From: Scyliorhinus canicula
Taxonomy: Eukaryota
Reading direction: 5' to 3'
NCBI RefSeq assembly: GCF_902713615.1
Contig: NC_052147.1
Coordinates: 113,859,359-113,923,358, forward strand
DNA: 64,000 bases
This document shows positions 25,060 through 36,636 of this stretch, one piece after another. Below the pieces are notes generated by a model. The model worked only from the letters and a program-made list of their open reading frames with translations. It ran no database searches and had not been told where the DNA came from. Within the stretch, counting starts at the first letter, position 1. The number at the start of each line of letters is the position of its first letter. A program made the translations under genes and the position numbers.

Positions 25060-25730
25060 CAGCGGAGGGAGACCGTGTCCTGCCGACCGTCGGGGTACTC
25101 CACATACGCGTACTGTGGGTTAGCGTGGAGTAACTGGTACTCACGGGCCTTACGGTAGCATGGTGGTTAGCATCAATGCTTCACAGCTCCAGGGTCCCAG
25201 GTTCAATTCCCGGCTGGGTCACTGTCTGTGTGGAGTCTGCACGTCCTCCCCGTGTGTGCGTGGGTTTCCTCCGGGTGCTCCGGTTTCCTCCCACAGTCCA
25301 AAGATGTGCGGGTTAGGTGGATTGGCCATGCTAAATTGCCCATAGTGTAAGGTTAATGGGGGATTGTTGGGTTACGGGTTACGTGGGTTTAAGTAGGGTG
25401 ATCATTGCTCGGCACAACATCGAGGGCCGAAGGGCCTGTTCTGTGCTGTAATGTTCTATGTTCTATGTTCTAACTGGACATGCTCCACCAACGGGTCGGA
25501 CTTGTGCACCCGCACATGCTTCCGGAGCAAGATGGGCCCGGGGGTGACCAGCCAAGTCGGGAGAGGGGATCCGGAGGACGACTTCCTGGGGAAAACAAGA
25601 AGACGTTCATGAGGTGTCTGATTAGTTGCGGTACAGAGGAGTGAGCGGATAGAGTGTAGGGCATCGGGGATCACCTCTTGCCATCGGGAAATAGGGAGAT
25701 TTCTGGACCGGAGGCCCGGAGAGGCGAGCC
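25060..25730 (-). pseudogene. Gypsy integrase C-terminal remnant split by a SINE
   Basis: WQEVIPDALHSIRSLLCTATNQTPHERL...SDPLVEHVQL / LHANPQYAYVEYPDGRQDTVSLR. Confidence 0.8.
25138..25470 (+). mobile_element. HE1-type V-SINE variant
   Basis: TSD TAACTGG (25131-25137, 25471-25477); (TTCTATG)n tail. Confidence 0.92.
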
Positions 25731-25929
25731 GGTCGGGCGCCGGGGCCCGGGGGCGGGGGGGGAGAAACGTGCGCGGCGGGCAGGCAGAGAACTGGAGGGG
25801 CCGGGGAGGTGCGCTTGTCGGCCGGCGGGGCGCGAGTCGGGAGCGGCTGGGGGGGCCCTGGGGGAGAGAGAGAGGCACACAGGCCATTTGCAGAGGCCTG
25901 GGGGGGGGGGGGGGGGGGGAAGAGTGCTG

Positions 25930-26685
25930 TGCAGCTTCCAGAAGCGCTGCAGACAGCGTTTTGGCCTGGCAGACCGTGGAGTAGTGGCCCTTCTTCCCAC
26001 AGCTCTTACAGAGGGCGGAGCGGGCTGGGCAGCGCGAGCGAGGGTGTTTTGCGTACCCGCAAAAGTAGCAGCGGGGCCCCGCGGATTTATCGGGGCGTCC
26101 CGCGGCACGAGCCTGAGGGAGGTCGGGAGCGGCGGGTGGGAAGCATGCCAGGAGGCCTGGCCAGGGTCATAGGTGCGAGCGCTTTGATCTGCGACCTCCA
26201 GAGAGGCGGAGAGAGTCAGCGTCTCAGTTAAACTGAGTTCGTCTCTTTCCAGCATCCGCTGGCGGATCACGGGAGACAGCATCCCAGCCACGTAAGCTGA
26301 TCAGTAGCTCCATGTGCTCTGTAGCCGAGACTGCTACACAGGAGCAACTTCTCCCCAGGGCATAGAGGGCCCGGGCGTATTGGCTTAGAGACTCACCGGG
26401 GACCTGCTTTCTGGTGGCCAGCAGATGTCGAGCGAATACCCTGTTGACCGGTTTGATGAATTGTCCTTTTAGCTTTTGTATAGCGTCATCATAATCCGTT
26501 TCCTCTTTGATTATTGTGTAAGCGTTGATACCCACGCTGGAGTGGAGGACGTGCAGCTTCTGTGCCCCGGTGGTTGTAGATGCTAGGAACCCTTCGAGGC
26601 AAGTCAGCCAGAGTTGGAAAAGTTCTGCAGAGTTCGGAGTTTGCGGGCTGATGCGGAGGCATTCGGGCTTGATGCGAAACTCCAT
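25930..26685 (-). pseudogene. Gypsy gag with two Zn-knuckle-like motifs, frameshifted
   Basis: MEFRIKPECL..ARHLLATRKQVPGESL; CYFCG..HPRSRC and CKSCGKKGHYSTVC near 25970-26070. Confidence 0.85.
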
Positions 26686-27312
26686 CTTCAAAGTCGTAGT
26701 CAATTAAATTGATGTACCATCAATTGAACGCGAGGCGAGTGATTTACCAAAGCCTGGCTTTAATTGACTAGAACACAGCTCTGCGATCGTCTACAATGGA
26801 AAGGGACGATCGTCAGGCGCCTGACCATTTATACCTCGTTAATAGAGGCGTGGTTAACTCAGCCTCTCGGCCAATCGGTCGAGAGGCACATGACCAACCA
26901 GGGCCAATGGTAAGCCGACGTTCTGGCCCAATGGCAGACAAGTATGCAGATCATATCACCACAGGCTGATAGAACCAAACAGGCCACATTTGAGCTGTCT
27001 GATTTGCTGAGTTGCATGGTCTCCGATGAGAGCACAACAGTTGGCTTCAGTGGTACTGAGGTGGAGAATTATTGTACCGAATTTGGTCTCCAGAGCCATA
27101 ATTGTGCTATAAAATATATCTGTATGGTGGTCAAGAAAGGAGAATGTCTGGTTTCAAGAAGATGATTAAATGCCCTTAGTTGGGACATCAAGAATTGTGC
27201 CTACAATCAAGTATTGGTGACTGATTGCCATTTGGTAAAGCATATCTTCTGCTCAGTTTCGGATCTTGGACGGCCGAGCCCTGCATACCTACATCACATG
27301 TTGCCCAAGGTT

Positions 27313-27679
27313 TGTGGTATTATTATAAATGTCAGAACTGCAAGGGTTAACAAAGTGTTGAGAGTAGCCACAAGAGGGAGATACAGTTGCAAATATATAA
27401 GGCAGTGATGCTAAGCCTTGTGGGAGAGTGTGTGCAGAAGTTAGCTAGTGAGACTCAGAAGTACAGATAGTAGATCATAGTTTAAACGAATAGTGAGATC
27501 AGCAATATTTGAGTGTAGTTTAGATGTTATTAATCAACTGTGTGTTCTTTAGGAGTACGTGTCTTATCCAAGTTAGTAGTGTTAATAAATTTCTAGCTTT
27601 GTTTAATTTCATGCTATTATGTGGTCTTTGTGAACACAACGCCAACCATCCTGAAATAAGCAACACAAAGAACACCACA
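27313..27679 (+). mobile_element. Solo LTR
   Basis: TGTGGTATT...AACACCACA terminal inverted repeat, TATATAA, AATAAA, 5-bp flanks AGGTT / AAGTT. Confidence 0.75.
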
Positions 27680-29496
27680 AAGTTGATTCAGTCGAAGTGT
27701 GAATATTGCCAGGCTGGCCCCACCATAAGTGATACACCATAGCTGGAGACTGATGCCGACTCAATCCAGAGGCAACGGCACAGTGGAGCCGTTTGTGGAT
27801 TGGGATGTTATGAAGCACGCAGCAGCAAACAGTACAGTTAAAATGCAAAAGGTCAGAACATTATGGTGAAAACATCTTCCTTTCAACTGCAGTTCCCAGA
27901 ATGCACTGAGAATTCCAATGTGGGGAAATGGAGCCAAGCCAGAACTCAATTATAACCATTATAACAATTATAATTGTGAGTCTTCCAAGGTTGATATTCT
28001 GTCTGTTAATCTGAGAAACGCTAGTGTTGTTATCATTGGATTCCATTTGACAAAATACCAAAGTAATTGAACACATGTCTATTTTAATCAACTCCATCCT
28101 GATAACATCCTTGATTTAAATTTGTAACGTCGATGTGCTTTTAAAATATTACAAATGCTGAAAAATTTACTTTGTGTAGGATTGTAGCATAGTAGTCAAT
28201 TTGAAGCACTTTTCCTGTTTCTAAATTGCGATTGCTTGGGTTCAGTGAATTATCTATTCTTATCCACCCCCACCCCCTCCAACTGCCTCCGCATTCTCGT
28301 TTTAAGCCTGTTAGTTTAGATGCATTGCACTGCTTGGAAATGTTCCGAATACTTTGTCCAAGGAAACAGAAAGTTGTGCACCCAGAAAAGCAGCAAGCTG
28401 AAACATTGAGGCTCAAGTGCTCTGCAAGTGCACAGCAGTGTTGGAAAATACTGACATCTAAGGAAAGTAGTGGTCGGACGGCTGGAATTTATATTGTCAA
28501 AAACGAGGCCCACCGCACAAAATGGCCGTGTAAGGAAACTATTATTGCTGGAGTTGTTTGCTGAAATTACTACACTGTGAAGAAGATCAAAGAAGCCAGT
28601 CCTACCTTAGTGCATCATAATGATTACCGAAGGGGTACATTTTCTGTGGTCTGTTCACTTCACAAAAAGGTCTTTACCTGCATGGCTTGAGCAATCTTGG
28701 GCTACCCTCATCTTCTGATGCCGGACCTGTCATTACGGGACACAATCCCCTCAGTAATTGTTACTCTGTAATTTCAAAAGATAATTCCAAGTTTGATCAA
28801 TAATGTGGTTAATATGTGAGAAAAATAATTGGTATGTGTCACCACTTTTTACTTACCTTCTGTAACATTTTCTCTTGAGTAAAGCATTTTCCTTGCCTTT
28901 CCCTTTCTTGGGTGTTTCCAAAAGAGAGAAGGCCTGTGCCAAGGCCTCTGCCAACATTTCTGTGAAGCAGAACGATGCTGGCAAGCATATGAGAGCAACC
29001 TTAGATGACTTTATTACCCCGTGGAGAAGTACTGGCCTTAGTATGTACAGACAAATATGCATGAATCCATGTCTGATGGCTTCAGAGTCTGGCACAATAA
29101 CACCACAATGCACAGCTCTGTGCCGTTTTCATCACTAAAATTTCAGCACCACTTTGGTCGGATGCGATGTGGCTTTGTTAATGCTTTGGGCCTAACTATA
29201 TCTGAGTGTCAGTGGTAGGAATGGAGTATTTTTCTATTTTGAACAAGCACTTTTGATCTCAGCTGTTCCAAGGTCAATTACAAACTCGATCCGTTGTGGA
29301 GCGAGGTTTATGAAATGGCTCAGCGATGAACCGTCATCAAATACCTCTCTCCCTCGCTGTGTCTCACTCTATCTCTGTACATCTTTCCTTTACTGTCTCT
29401 CACTCTCTCTATCTCTGTACCTCTTTCACTGCCTTTTTGTCTCACTGATTCTCTGTCCCTTTCTCTCCCACTCTTTGCACAATTGTGTCTGTCTCT

Positions 29497-29712
29497 GGAA
29501 AAGCAAGATGGCGCCGGAGCGTGGAGACTCTCTGCGAGCTCTCTCACATAGATCCTCTTCTTACATCTCCTATAACCGTACTAATCTCTTAAAACTATTG
29601 TATGTTTACCCTATGTATTTTCTTTTCATGTACGGAATGACCTGTCTGAGCTGTATGCAGAACAATTCTTTTCACTGTACATCGGTACACGTGATTATAA
29701 ACCAATCCAAAT
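29497..29712 (+). mobile_element. Short non-coding element with Rex/Babar-like 5' and 3' ends
   Basis: Starts AAGATGGCGCCGG; ends TTTTCACTGTACATCGGTACACGTGATTATAAACCAATCCAAAT. Family assignment from recalled end motifs. Confidence 0.55.
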
Positions 29713-30112
29713 ATGAAGAGTTTTCCTCTGCTATATCGTTCCATTGATATTAGGTTGGCTTCTACTCCTTGTGAATTTAAATAGACATACAAAGGCCAGC
29801 TTTGACACACTGATATCTCACGTGCTTTAAAAATGTTTCAGAGCTTGCATTTATATAGCTCTTTTCCAACCTCCAGATATCCCATGTTATTGACAGTCAT
29901 TTTGTACTTTTGAATTGCATTCACAGTTGAACAAGCTCCCATAAAGAGCGAGAACATTAAATAATAAACACAGATAACCTGTTTCAGCAGTGTTAGCTGA
30001 GGGGTACAATTCTCCATAATTCCCCTGCACGTTCTTTGAATAGCTTTTATCTCCACCAGAATATGTTGACAGGGCCCCAACTTAACACCTGATTGTTGAG
30101 ACTGGGTTATTG

Positions 30113-31030
30113 TCAGTGCAGCACTCCCTCAGCGTTGACCCTCTGACAGTGCAGCAGTCCCTCAGTGCTGACCCTATGACAGTGCAGCACTCCCTCACTG
30201 CTGACCCTCTGACAGTGCAGTGCTCCCTCAGTGCTGACCCTCAAACAGTGCAGCAGTCCCTCAGTGCTGACCCTCTGACAGTGCAGCACTCCCTCACTGC
30301 TGACCCTCTGACAGTGCAGTGCTCCCTCAGTGCTGACCCTCAAACAGTGCAGCAGTCCCTCAGTGCTGACCCTCTGACAGTGCAGCACTTCCTCAGTGCT
30401 GACCCTCTGACAGTGCAGCAGTCCCTCAGTGCTGACCCTCTGACAGTGCAGTGCTCCCTCAGTGCTGACCCTCTGACAGTGCAGCACTTCCTCAGTGCTG
30501 ACCCTCTGACAGTGCAGCAGCCCCTCAGTGCTGACCCTCTGACAGTGCAGCACTCCCTCATTGCTGACTGTTTAACAGTGCAGCACTCCCTCAGCGCTGA
30601 CCCCTTGACAGCACAACACTCCCTTAGTGCTGAGCCTCGGATAGCACAACACTCCCTCAGTGCTGACCCTCTGACGGTGCAAAGCTCCCTCGGTGCTGAC
30701 CCTCTGATGGTGCAGCACTCCCTCAGTGCTGACCCTCTGACAGTGCAGCACTCCCTCAATGCTGATCCCTTGACAGCACAACACTCCCTCAGTACCGACC
30801 CTATGACAGTGCAGCACTCCCTCAGTGCTAACCCTCTGACAGTGCAGTACTCCCTCAGTGCTGACCGTCTGACAGTGCAGCACTCTCTCAATGCTGACCG
30901 TCTGACAGTGCAACACTCGCTGAGTGCTGACCCTCTGACAATGCAACACTCCCTCAGTGCTGACACTCTGATAGTGTAGCACTCCCTCGGTGCCGACCCT
31001 CTGTCAGTGCAGCACTCTTTCAGTGCTGAA
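30113..31030. repeat. 33-bp minisatellite, about 28 units, derived from a Deu-type SINE segment
   Basis: Unit ACAGTGCAGCACTCCCTCAGTGCTGACCCTCTG. Confidence 0.95.
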
Positions 31031-31166
31031 CTGTCAGTCTGGGTTAATCCTCATGTCATTGTCGCGACCTGGAGTCCATAACATTTTGAAATAGATTTGA
31101 GCGCGCAATGAATCAGTCAAGACTAGCAACAGGAAATCTAATCAAATAGGCTTGCTTATTCTCAAT

Positions 31167-31330
31167 CAATAATAATTAATAATTGCTTATTGTCACAAGT
31201 ATGCTTCAATGAAGTTACTGTGAAAAGCCCCTAGTCGCCACATTCCGGCGCCTGTTCGGGGAGGCCGGTACAGGAATTGAACCTGCGCTGCTGACATTGT
31301 TCTGCGTTACAAGCCAGCTATTTAGCCCCC
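31167..31330 (-). mobile_element. Short tRNA-derived SINE with stem-loop + (TTA)n tail
   Basis: Homologous to 44241-44410, 46773-46950, 54118-54337, 62113-62304. Confidence 0.88.
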
Positions 31331-31712
31331 GTTTCAAAATACAGGCAGTAAGTTTAGCTTCGATCAAGTTGACTGCATTGTAAAACTTCAGGTTCAAAAT
31401 AAAACCACCCAACTGCTCATAAAATGTTTTTTTTTAAATATATGTAAGTGGTAGGTATCAGACACTTAAATTTGAAATGCTTAGACACTTCTAATCTCTG
31501 GGCAAAATGCAGCAGTTAAAAATATCCAAATATAGGTTGAAATCTAAACTAACAATGTCATGGAAGCTGTTATAAATAATAATTTGTACACCTGCATCAA
31601 GAAAAGGAATGCCATTTCTCGATGTTTTTGATCATTTTCCAATCCACCATAATTGTGCGGAACAATTTTGCATTTTTATAGATAAAAGAGTTACAATGTT
31701 TCTCTCTCAAAA

Positions 31713-31990
31713 GGAATACTTGCATTTATGCACTGCCTTTCTCCACCCCAGGACCTCCCGCAGCAATTTACAGCTAGTTACATACGTTTGAATTGATAAC
31801 ATCCTTTCCACTGTATGAAGTATGGCAGCCAAATCCGCACAAGTGAGATCCCACAAACACCAATCCAACAAGTGACTGATTATTTTGCTTTGAGATGGCT
31901 GTAGGATAAATATTGGAGAGGAAACTGGGAGATCTTCCTTGCTCTTCCTGAGCACTGCTATGGATTCTTTTTATGTAAACCCGAGAGGTT
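31713..31990 (-). mobile_element. Old Deu-domain SINE (SacSINE1/AmnSINE1-like) fragment
   Basis: ACTTGCATTTAT tail and GATAAATATTGG...CTTGCTCTTC...ATGGATTCTTTTTATG segment. Confidence 0.6.
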
Positions 31991-32746
31991 AGACAAAGCG
32001 TAAAGGACGATATCTGAAAGACAATGTAAACATTTGGGCCTCCTTGCTATAAAATCGACAGTGCGAACATTCGCAGGGAGTTCACATTTACTATATTTCT
32101 GAATTAGTAGTTGCGTTAATCCATCACCAGAAAGTCCTATGAATTGTGCTCCTGACCACAGGAGTGAGTGAGCTCTGTGCGTGAAACTATTTTTCAATGC
32201 CAGTGTTGCGCGAGGGGTTTTGGTACATGTCTCATGAACCGCTGCAGTCCATGTGGTAGGTACATCCACCGTGCTGTTGGGGAGAGAGTTCCAGGAGTTT
32301 GACCTAATGACAGTGAAGGAACACCAATAAATTTCCAAATCAGAATGGTGATCAGCAGGAACCCTCGAACTGCAATGTAGAGGATTCAATTGCAGCATCG
32401 CCAGTTTAAATCAGCTAATGTTCATAACCAAGTATTAAACCCAAGATCATTCTGATCTGTGTGGTCTCAGTCCACTGTTACGGAGTAGATTAACTCACTG
32501 AAGCATCAGAAGGAGCTCCGTCTAGCAAATATTTAATTTGGCACAGCCGATAGTTCTTAAACACTATTCGAGTAGCTGCATTTTCTGTTATGACTTTGAA
32601 TGATGTATGCTGCAATTTAATATTAATAAAGCATCATAACTATCATTTGCAATGCTAAAGAGTCTGAATTACTTGCATGTAGATTGGATGTTTGAAAGTC
32701 TGTGGATGAAATCTTAAAAATCATTAGATTTGTAGTGGAAGACGAT

Positions 32747-34526
32747 GGCTAGGAGTCTCCGTTCTGTACCCCAAATGCTCCCACTAGCGGAGTCTCCACT
32801 GACACCTGGACTCCACTGAGTGGCATCCAGGTGTGAGTCTCTCTCTTTCACCATGCTAATTTATGCATAGGGAGAGCTCACCGGATATCATCGGAATGCT
32901 GGTATTCGGCCGCCATTGTGAGCAGGCGGCCTGATAACTAGGCCGCCTCCTAGTACGCCTCCTTCCCCCCGCAACACAAATCCTGACGCCTCCCACTGTC
33001 GAATAGGGGCATCCTCCTCCTCTTCCTCCCCACCAAAGGAGTAACTGGTCACCCACTGCCCCCCCCCCCCCCTCGCCCCTGCAACAGCATACACACATAA
33101 GGATGACCAGATCTCGCCAACAGAGACCCCCCTTCCATCAGAGACCCCCCTTCCATCAGAGACCCCCCTTCCATCAGAGACCCCCCTTGCATCAGAGACC
33201 CCCCTTGAATCAGAGACCCCCCTTGAATCAGAGACCCCCCTTGAATCAGAGACCCCCCTTGAATCAGAGACCCCCCTTGAATCAGAGACCCCCCTTGAAT
33301 CAGAGACCCCCCTTGAATCAGAGACCCCCCTTGAATCAGAGACCCCCCTTGAATCAGAGACCCCCCTTGAATCAGAGACCCCCCTTGAATCAGAGACCCC
33401 CCTTGCATCAGAGACCCCCCTTGCATCAGAGACCCCCCTTGCATCAGAGACCCCCCTTGCATCAGAGACCCCCCTTGCATCAGAGACCCCCCTTGCATCA
33501 GAGACCCTCCTTGCATCAGAGACCCTCCTTGCATCAGAGACCCCCCTTGCATCAGAGACCCCCCTTGCATCAGAGACCCCCCTTGCATCAGAGACCCCCC
33601 TTGCATCAGAGACCCCCCTTGCATCAGAGATCCCCCCTTGCATCAGAGATCCCCCCTTGCATCAGAGATCCCCCCTTGCATCAGAGACCCCCCTTCCATC
33701 AGAGACCCCCTCTTCCATCAGAGACCCCCTCTTCCATCAGAGAGCCCCCCCTCCATCAGAGACATTTTAGATCAGAGACCCCCCCCCAGATCAATTACCC
33801 CTTAGATCAGTGGCCCTCCCATCAGAAACCCACCATCGGAGACCTCCCATCAGACACCCCCACTCATCAGAAATCCCCCCCACCAGATAAGAGACTTCGC
33901 TATCAGAGACCCCTCCTGACAGGTGACACCGCCCCCCCCCCCCCTCCCCTCCCCCCTCAAATCTGAGAATCCCGCATCAGTCATGCCTGCCTAAATGCTG
34001 AAGAGCAGTGGGAGCAGTAGAGTAAAAAAATCGCTGCATTTTGTGGATTGTGGGTAGTTTACGATCTTTCCCTTCACGCTTGAATGCACCTCAAGTTCCC
34101 TGCTTTTATGCTAACCACAATGTTTATAAGCACTCTTTCATGATTGACAACCCCTCACCATATCAAAAGCAGCTAAATCCACCAGGCACCCTTCTCTGGA
34201 GAAATAAAACTGCCAATCTCTGGCTAATGCAGTGTTGCTGTGTGAATTGAATGGAAGATTTGCATTTCAAAGGCTGTTCAGGGATTTAAAGCCCTTTCAA
34301 GTATACTTGGCTTTTGAAGAAGCCTCTAATACCTGTAACAACTGCTGCTTTAAAAGCATGCAAATTGTGGATTTGCATGGTGCCGCCGGCATGGAGTGGG
34401 TAGTTCGCTGAGGCCAGAGGCATGGCAGTGGAGCATTGCAACAGGTCTGGCGCCCAGCACCAGTCCCATCCTCTGCCCGATCGGGAATCTTGATACTGAC
34501 CTCCGGCAATGTAGAATCCATTCCCC
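32747..34526. mobile_element. Possible old Harbinger-type non-autonomous element
   Basis: Degenerate ends GGCTAGGAGTCTCC / TAGAATCCATTCCC resemble the other Harbinger TIRs; no clear TSD. Confidence 0.35.
33119..33740. repeat. 18-bp minisatellite, about 34 units
   Basis: Unit ATCAGAGACCCCCCTT(GC/GA/CC). Confidence 0.97.
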
Positions 34527-36113
34527 TATGTCAGAATCTGATGAAGTGCAGTAATATTTCAAACAATATGATTTATTGTCATTTGAAAGTGAACTGTTTT
34601 GAAAATGAAAGCTGTCGAGTGTGGATTATTTTTGCATAATACACTTCATAAGTAAGTTGGAGTTGTGGTTTCAATGGTGGCCAAGGTAAGTGCGACCATT
34701 ATGCGACCAAACAGATTAAATACCAACCTGTAAATCCTTCCAACATACACCATTGGAAGGTGGGAAACAGTCCTGGTCAGCCATGCATGCAGAAAAAAAA
34801 AACTGGAACCTCTACCATCTCCACCCATAGCTCCGGACTACAACTTGCATGTAAAAGTGCACATTGTCACAGCAACTCCTAGTGGGTGGGTAGGGGGTTG
34901 CTGGTTGGCTATTTGACTGGACGGCCAATGTGGGTCAGATTGGTGCTCACAACATGAGGTTCAATCCCTGTTCTGGCTGGGGTACATTCAGGACCTGCCA
35001 CCTTGCCCTACCCATGGCGGAGGTTGTGGTGCAGGGGGTATCAGATGAAGGTGGTATCAGCGAGGCAACTTATTTTGGAACTTGGCAATTGGATGGCTTC
35101 GATCTAATTGGTGGATACAGTGCAGTGGATTTTTTTTTAAAAGGAATTGGCAGAGGATTTTAACAGGTTAATGTTCTCAAACACCTTTTTCACAGCATTG
35201 GGTCCATATAGACTTGGAAACTCTGACGGCTGATCTTGTGCTCAGTAAGGTATTCTCAAAGGTAAGACTATAGATTATCGCAACACCCCTGGGCCTGGAT
35301 GGGAGATATTTCCCAAAGTCCCTGCTCATATTCACTATCATGGCATTTTCTGCAAAGTGTGTTTCCCTGGAAAGGAGAGGATGAGCTGTGCCTGTTACTT
35401 GCTCTTTCCCAAAACCCTGGATCTCAATACCGGCAGAATGTGCTGTCTGGACTCATGAATGGACCAGTTTCTGGTGGGTTGATGGTACGAGTAGGATGAT
35501 ATCCCTGAGTGCTCTTCCAATGAAGGGGGGAAAGAATTAGATAGGAAACATAAAGTTGTCTTTTGAATTTGCAAGTTCAGCAATTTACACCCTGTGGCCA
35601 TAAATGTTCCCATTCAACAATAAACAATGTACTTCATTTGCCATTGCATCACTGGCAAATATCAAATAATTGTCAAACAGAAATTGAAGAATTCTGTTAT
35701 TCATTCTTAAAAGCCACTTGATAGTCTGGCCGAGCAGATCATTAATATTTGAACAATTTAAAGGGATCATACCAATTAAAATCGAGCAATCTATTCCAAC
35801 TCAGAATTTAAAGTTCAGCTTTTGTGACTACATTTTAGTTAAATGAACAAACAATGTTCATTCTTTATCCTGTAATCATTGGCTTCCAGAATCCTTTAAC
35901 CTTGCCACCCTGAATTTTAAGTTTGTTCTCAGATGGTCTAGTTGAAGAGTGAGTATCCAAACGTCAACTGTGTGTGGCTAGACTTGGGAAATACTGTAGG
36001 GACCAAATCAAACCTTTGTTGAGTCTTCCATATTGGAATGAGAAATTCCTGATATTTTCTCTCTCGTTCTTGAGCTGCCGTGCAATCCCTTGCATGTTTT
36101 CACGTGTTTTCTC

Positions 36114-36144
<31 letters not shown>

Positions 36145-36251
36145 GTGTTCTGTTCTTGAATAATCCCTCTCGCACACTCCTGTGTGCTCTCTCACAATCT
36201 CCCAATATTGGATCCCTGTCTTCCATTCCAAGTTCTGATGCAAACTTGTGG

Positions 36252-36636
36252 GTTTCTAGACTCTGCTCCACCCGATCAATCTATGCCTTAATTGGGTCCA
36301 GTGCGTCTTTCTTTAGCTTGGTGAAGCACTCTTCAAAGAACTTCACCAGCTGTACTGTCGACCACTGTGCCACTTCACCAGGGTCCTGCGTCTCCGCCAA
36401 GCTTTTCTGCCCTGCCGGCTTTACCCACGTCTTCCTTGCTTGACTATGTCTCCTTACACAGCCACTTCTAGTCCACTTGACCATACACTGGTGGGGGATT
36501 GCTCCTCACTGTCTCACTCTCCACTGATCTATCCAGTGAAATTCCGAAAAAATCTGGAGAAAAGGTCCAAAAATTCCATCACAAGCAGGTGCTACCAAAT
36601 GTGTGACCTTCTCCTCCATGGCCGCCACCGGAAGTC
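36252..36636 (-). mobile_element. L1 5' UTR plus start of ORF1 only, flanked by TSD
   Basis: Homologous to 4870-5255; direct repeat TGATGCAAACTTGTGG at 36236-36251 and 36637-36652. Confidence 0.9.

Larger units (their letters stand above)
24338..26963 (-). mobile_element. Internally deleted Gypsy LTR retrotransposon
   Basis: 254-bp LTRs at 24338-24591 and 26710-26963 (6 differences by eye), TG...CA, 5-bp TSD GGCTG, purine tract AAGGGGTGAA before the 3' LTR, gag and integrase remnants. Confidence 0.95.

Noticed and set aside
28857-28959. Minus-strand exon-like segment (MLAEALAQAFSLLETPKKGKGK); similar candidates at 40849-40933(+), 50462-50559(+), 59385-59447(-)
   Set aside because: Plausible splice sites but no recognisable protein and no consistent strand or frame; not callable without RNA-seq or homology search.
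30110-30982. 289-aa and overlapping repeat ORFs; superficial CRISPR-like periodicity
   Set aside because: Head-to-tail 33-bp units with no unique spacers; eukaryotic minisatellite.
32888-33966. HQRPPL / SDARGV repeat proteins
   Set aside because: 18-bp tandem repeat open in several frames; no gene context.
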